A stretch of 32,000 nucleotides of DNA from Fibrobacter succinogenes subsp. succinogenes S85 (GTDB lineage: Bacteria; Fibrobacterota; Fibrobacteria; Fibrobacterales; Fibrobacteraceae), in contig NC_017448.1 of NCBI RefSeq assembly GCF_000146505.1, positions 1,110,001-1,142,000 of the forward strand. The letters run 5' to 3'. The notes below the pieces were generated by a model. It was not told the DNA's origin, did not search any database, and was given only the letters and a program-made list of their open reading frames with translations. Shown piece after piece: positions 29,347 through 32,000 of this stretch (within the stretch, counting starts at the first letter, position 1; each line of letters starts with the position of its first letter). The position numbers and the translations under genes were made by a program.

Positions 29347-30696
29347 TTAAAAATGGGTGTGTTTTACCCTGTAAATGTATATCCCAGCCAAGACCATAAT
29401 GGTGACAATCCAGCTCACCGGGTACACCACCATCAGCGACGCAAAGGAACGGTACTGCGGGAATACAAAAATAACCCAGAGGATTCGTATACCGCAGACA
29501 CCCACCACGCAAGTCAGCGCCGGAGCCAAAGACTGCCCCATGCCTCGTAACGCGCCTGAAAAAACGTCCAAAAAGACGTTGATGAACAGCACGCCAACCA
29601 CGACGTACATGCGGATAGAACCCGTCGCAATAATCTCAGGATCGGACGTATACAACGAAAGCAAAGGCTTTGCAAAGTAACAGCAAAGCATGCTCAACGC
29701 AAACGTAGATGTAGTCGCTAGCAAAATGGTCCACCGGACTGCACTACGGCAGCGCTCCAGATTTTTCGCCCCGTAATTTTGCCCCACAAACGTCACGCAC
29801 GCATGCGAGAATGAATTGAGCCAGTAATAGACAATGAACTCGTAAGTGAGAGCCGCAGCAGATGCCGCTACAGTTGCAGAACCAAGGCTATTGATAGCCG
29901 ACTGGAGGCAGACATTGCTAAACGAGAACACAACGCCCTGAAGCCCCGCCGGGAGCCCCACACGCATAATGCGCCCGAGAAACACAGGCGTAATTTTCAA
30001 CTTCCAGAATTCGAGCTTGAACGGTCCGACTTCGTGAAGCAAGAAGTAGAATAACGTCCCCGCACTCAGCGCATTTGCAATCACGGTCGCAAGCGCGACA
30101 CCCGTAACGCTCATGCCAAAGCCTGCGACAAAGAGGACATTCAGCAACACGTTGATAGCGCCCGTCGCAAGGAGCACGTAAAGCGGGCGTTTTGTATCGC
30201 CTTTGCCACGCAGGATTGCCGCCACAAAGTTATACAGCATGACAAACGGAATACCCGCAAAATAGACTTGCAGATAGCGCACTGCCAAATCCAAAACATC
30301 TGTAGGGGTCGAAATTGCCGAAAGGATCGGCCGCGCAAAAAAGACTCCGATAAACGAGAGCAATATCCCGCTAATGAACGAGACGATTACAGACGTGTGG
30401 ACGCTGCGCGTAATGGCACGATAGCTCTGCGCACCAATCGAATTCGCGACGACGACATTCACGCCGACAGAGATGCCTACGAACAAGTTTATCAGCATAT
30501 TGATGACGAACGTATTCGCACCGACCGCCGCAAGCGCCTTGTCGCCTGCGAATTGCCCCACCACGGCAATGTCAGCCGCATTGAACAGCTGTTGCAAAAT
30601 GCTTGTCGCCGCAAGCGGAACGGCAAACCTCAGAATCTTACGACCGAGGGGTCCGTTCAACATATCCATATTCGTCTTTAACGCATCCGTTGCCAT
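29347..30696 (-). CDS. MATE-family multidrug/efflux transporter
   Basis: 449 aa with about 12 predicted TM segments. The N-terminus (GPLGRKILRFAVPLAATSILQQLFNAADIAVVGQF) and internal LRGKGDTKRP are typical of NorM/DinF-type MATE proteins. Confidence 0.92.
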   Translation of the reverse strand: MATDALKTNMDMLNGPLGRKILRFAVPLAATSILQQLFNAADIAVVGQFAGDKALAAVGANTFVINMLINLFVGISVGVNVVVANSIGAQSYRAITRSVHTSVIVSFISGILLSFIGVFFARPILSAISTPTDVLDLAVRYLQVYFAGIPFVMLYNFVAAILRGKGDTKRPLYVLLATGAINVLLNVLFVAGFGMSVTGVALATVIANALSAGTLFYFLLHEVGPFKLEFWKLKITPVFLGRIMRVGLPAGLQGVVFSFSNVCLQSAINSLGSATVAASAAALTYEFIVYYWLNSFSHACVTFVGQNYGAKNLERCRSAVRWTILLATTSTFALSMLCCYFAKPLLSLYTSDPEIIATGSIRMYVVVGVLFINVFLDVFSGALRGMGQSLAPALTCVVGVCGIRILWVIFVFPQYRSFASLMVVYPVSWIVTIMVLAGIYIYRVKHTHF

Positions 30697-30837
30697 ACAG
30701 CACCTTAAAACCGCGGCAAATTTAGATTTTTACGCTTTAAGCTTAAAGGGCAATTTTCTACCTTTACATCGCAAAAACAGGTGACTAGAATCGCTATAGG
30801 ATAAAGCGATTACAAGCGCCACAAATCGGAGATTATC

Positions 30838-31935
30838 ATGGGTTTTAAATGCGGCATCGTAGGCCTCCCGAACGTAGGCAAGAGCACAATCTTCAACGCA
30901 ATCACTAACGCAGGCGCAGAATCCGCCAACTATCCGTTCTGCACCATCGACCCGAACGTCGGCATGGTCAGCGTCCCGGATGCCCGCCTCGATGAACTTG
31001 TGAAGGTCTACAACCCGAAATCCATCGTCCCGGCCGTTACAGAATTCGTAGATATTGCAGGTCTTGTAAAAGGCGCTTCCAAGGGCGAAGGTCTCGGCAA
31101 CCAGTTCCTCACCCACATCCGCGAATGCGAAGCCATCATGGAAGTGGTGCGCTGCTTTGACGACGAAAACATCATCCACGTGAACGGTTCTGTGGACCCG
31201 ATCCGCGACGTCGAAGTGATTGAAACGGAACTCATCCTCAAGGACTTGGACACTGTCGAAAAGCGCCTCGCTACCGAAGCTAAGAGTGCACGTACCGGCA
31301 ACGCCGAAGCCAAGGCACGCCTCGCCGCTTGCGAACTTTTGAAGACGACGATGGAAGAAGGCCGCGCCGCCCGCACCGTGATGCACGACAGCGAAGAAAT
31401 GGAAGGCATCGTCAAGGACCTCGGACTCCTTACCGCAAAGCCGCTCTTCTACTGCGCCAACGTGAAGGAAGACGACATCCTCACCGGTAACGCTTATGTG
31501 GACCAGCTCAAGGAATACGCCTCCAAGCACGGTCACGACGTGATTGTCATCAGCGGTAAGATCGAAGAAGAACTTTCCGCCATGGAACCGGCTGACAAGA
31601 TCGAATTCCTCAAGGAACTCGGCATGAAGGAATCCGGACTCGATTCCGTTGTCCGCAAGGGTTACGAAATTCTCGGCCTCCGTACGTTCTTCACCGCAGG
31701 CGAAAAGGAATGCCGCGCCTGGACGTTCCACGCAGGCTTCAAGGCCCCGCAGTGCGCAGGCGTCATCCACACGGACTTCGAACGTGGCTTTATCCGCGCC
31801 GAAACTTTGAGCTACGCCGACTTCCTCAAGCACGGCAGCTGGAACGCCGCCAAGGAAGCAGGTCTCGTCCGTACGGAAGGTAAGGAATACCTCGTGCAGG
31901 ATGGCGACATTATGTACTTCCTGTTCAACGTGTAA
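30838..31935 (+). CDS. ychF: Ribosome-binding ATPase YchF
   Basis: [23 protein letters not shown] (P-loop), [21 protein letters not shown] and a C-terminal TGS-like domain (RAWTF..G..AP.AAG.IH.DFE.GFIRAE). A GGAG Shine-Dalgarno sequence lies upstream. Confidence 0.96.
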   Translation: MGFKCGIVGLPNVGKSTIFNAITNAGAESANYPFCTIDPNVGMVSVPDARLDELVKVYNPKSIVPAVTEFVDIAGLVKGASKGEGLGNQFLTHIRECEAIMEVVRCFDDENIIHVNGSVDPIRDVEVIETELILKDLDTVEKRLATEAKSARTGNAEAKARLAACELLKTTMEEGRAARTVMHDSEEMEGIVKDLGLLTAKPLFYCANVKEDDILTGNAYVDQLKEYASKHGHDVIVISGKIEEELSAMEPADKIEFLKELGMKESGLDSVVRKGYEILGLRTFFTAGEKECRAWTFHAGFKAPQCAGVIHTDFERGFIRAETLSYADFLKHGSWNAAKEAGLVRTEGKEYLVQDGDIMYFLFNV

Positions 31936-31948
31936 TGGCGCCGGTGGC

Positions 31949-31983
31949 GCAGTAGGATGTAGGCAGTAGACAGTAGGCAGGAC
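31949..31983. repeat. Tandem heptamer tract (NNNGTAG) x4-5 just after ychF
   Basis: The tract reads gcagtag gatgtag gcagtag acagtag gcaggac. It is preceded by the hairpin gcgcc-ggt-ggcgc. Confidence 0.9.
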
Positions 31984-32000
31984 TGCTATAGGAAAGTCTT

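Noticed and set aside
30735-30748. A perfect 14-bp palindrome, CTTTAAGCTTAAAG, lies between the divergent MATE and ychF genes and could be an operator.
   Set aside because: About two 7+7 perfect palindromes are expected by chance in a window of this size. It contains a HindIII site but has no other distinguishing feature.

Overview
The window reads as a chromosomal segment from a Fibrobacter-like (FCB-group) bacterium. That placement is an inference from gene content: a TIGR02147/DUF4423-type protein, a T9SS-type C-terminal sorting domain, GLUG-repeat and TSP3-repeat surface proteins, and many lipoproteins. Housekeeping genes dominate: the start of the dcw cluster (mraZ-rsmH-ftsL-ftsI, minus strand), tRNA-Arg(TCT), metF, serC, psd, dtd, an L-asparaginase, a MATE exporter and ychF. 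Between them lies an accessory cell-surface block at about 6.3-18 kb. It holds an OmpA-family protein with thrombospondin-type-3 repeats, a roughly 1300-aa collagen-like lipoprotein split by a frameshift, a small HD-like protein with substituted catalytic residues, and a 1486-aa GLUG-repeat protein with a Ser-rich linker and a T9SS-like C-terminal domain. I saw no CRISPR array, integrase, transposase, rRNA or canonical defence system. The points most worth follow-up are: (1) the frameshift-split collagen-like lipoprotein that sits 6 nt upstream of the TSP3-OmpA gene; (2) a 740-bp gene-free spacer between convergent genes, with a structured-RNA candidate and an AT-rich island carrying phased decamers; (3) recurrent tandem tracts with a 7-nt period in intergenic DNA, two of them beside TATAAT boxes only 6-13 nt from start codons; (4) a 26-nt REP-like palindromic element present once in intergenic DNA and once in frame inside the asparaginase gene; (5) a translationally coupled TIGR02147-like plus DUF2341 lipoprotein pair; (6) several unusual orphans: a FliB-like lysine methylase, an EndoIII-type Fe-S motif protein and a GerW/YtfJ homologue. 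Many long ORFs in the supplied track are antisense shadows of real genes and were rejected. All functional calls come from reading motifs by eye, with no database search.
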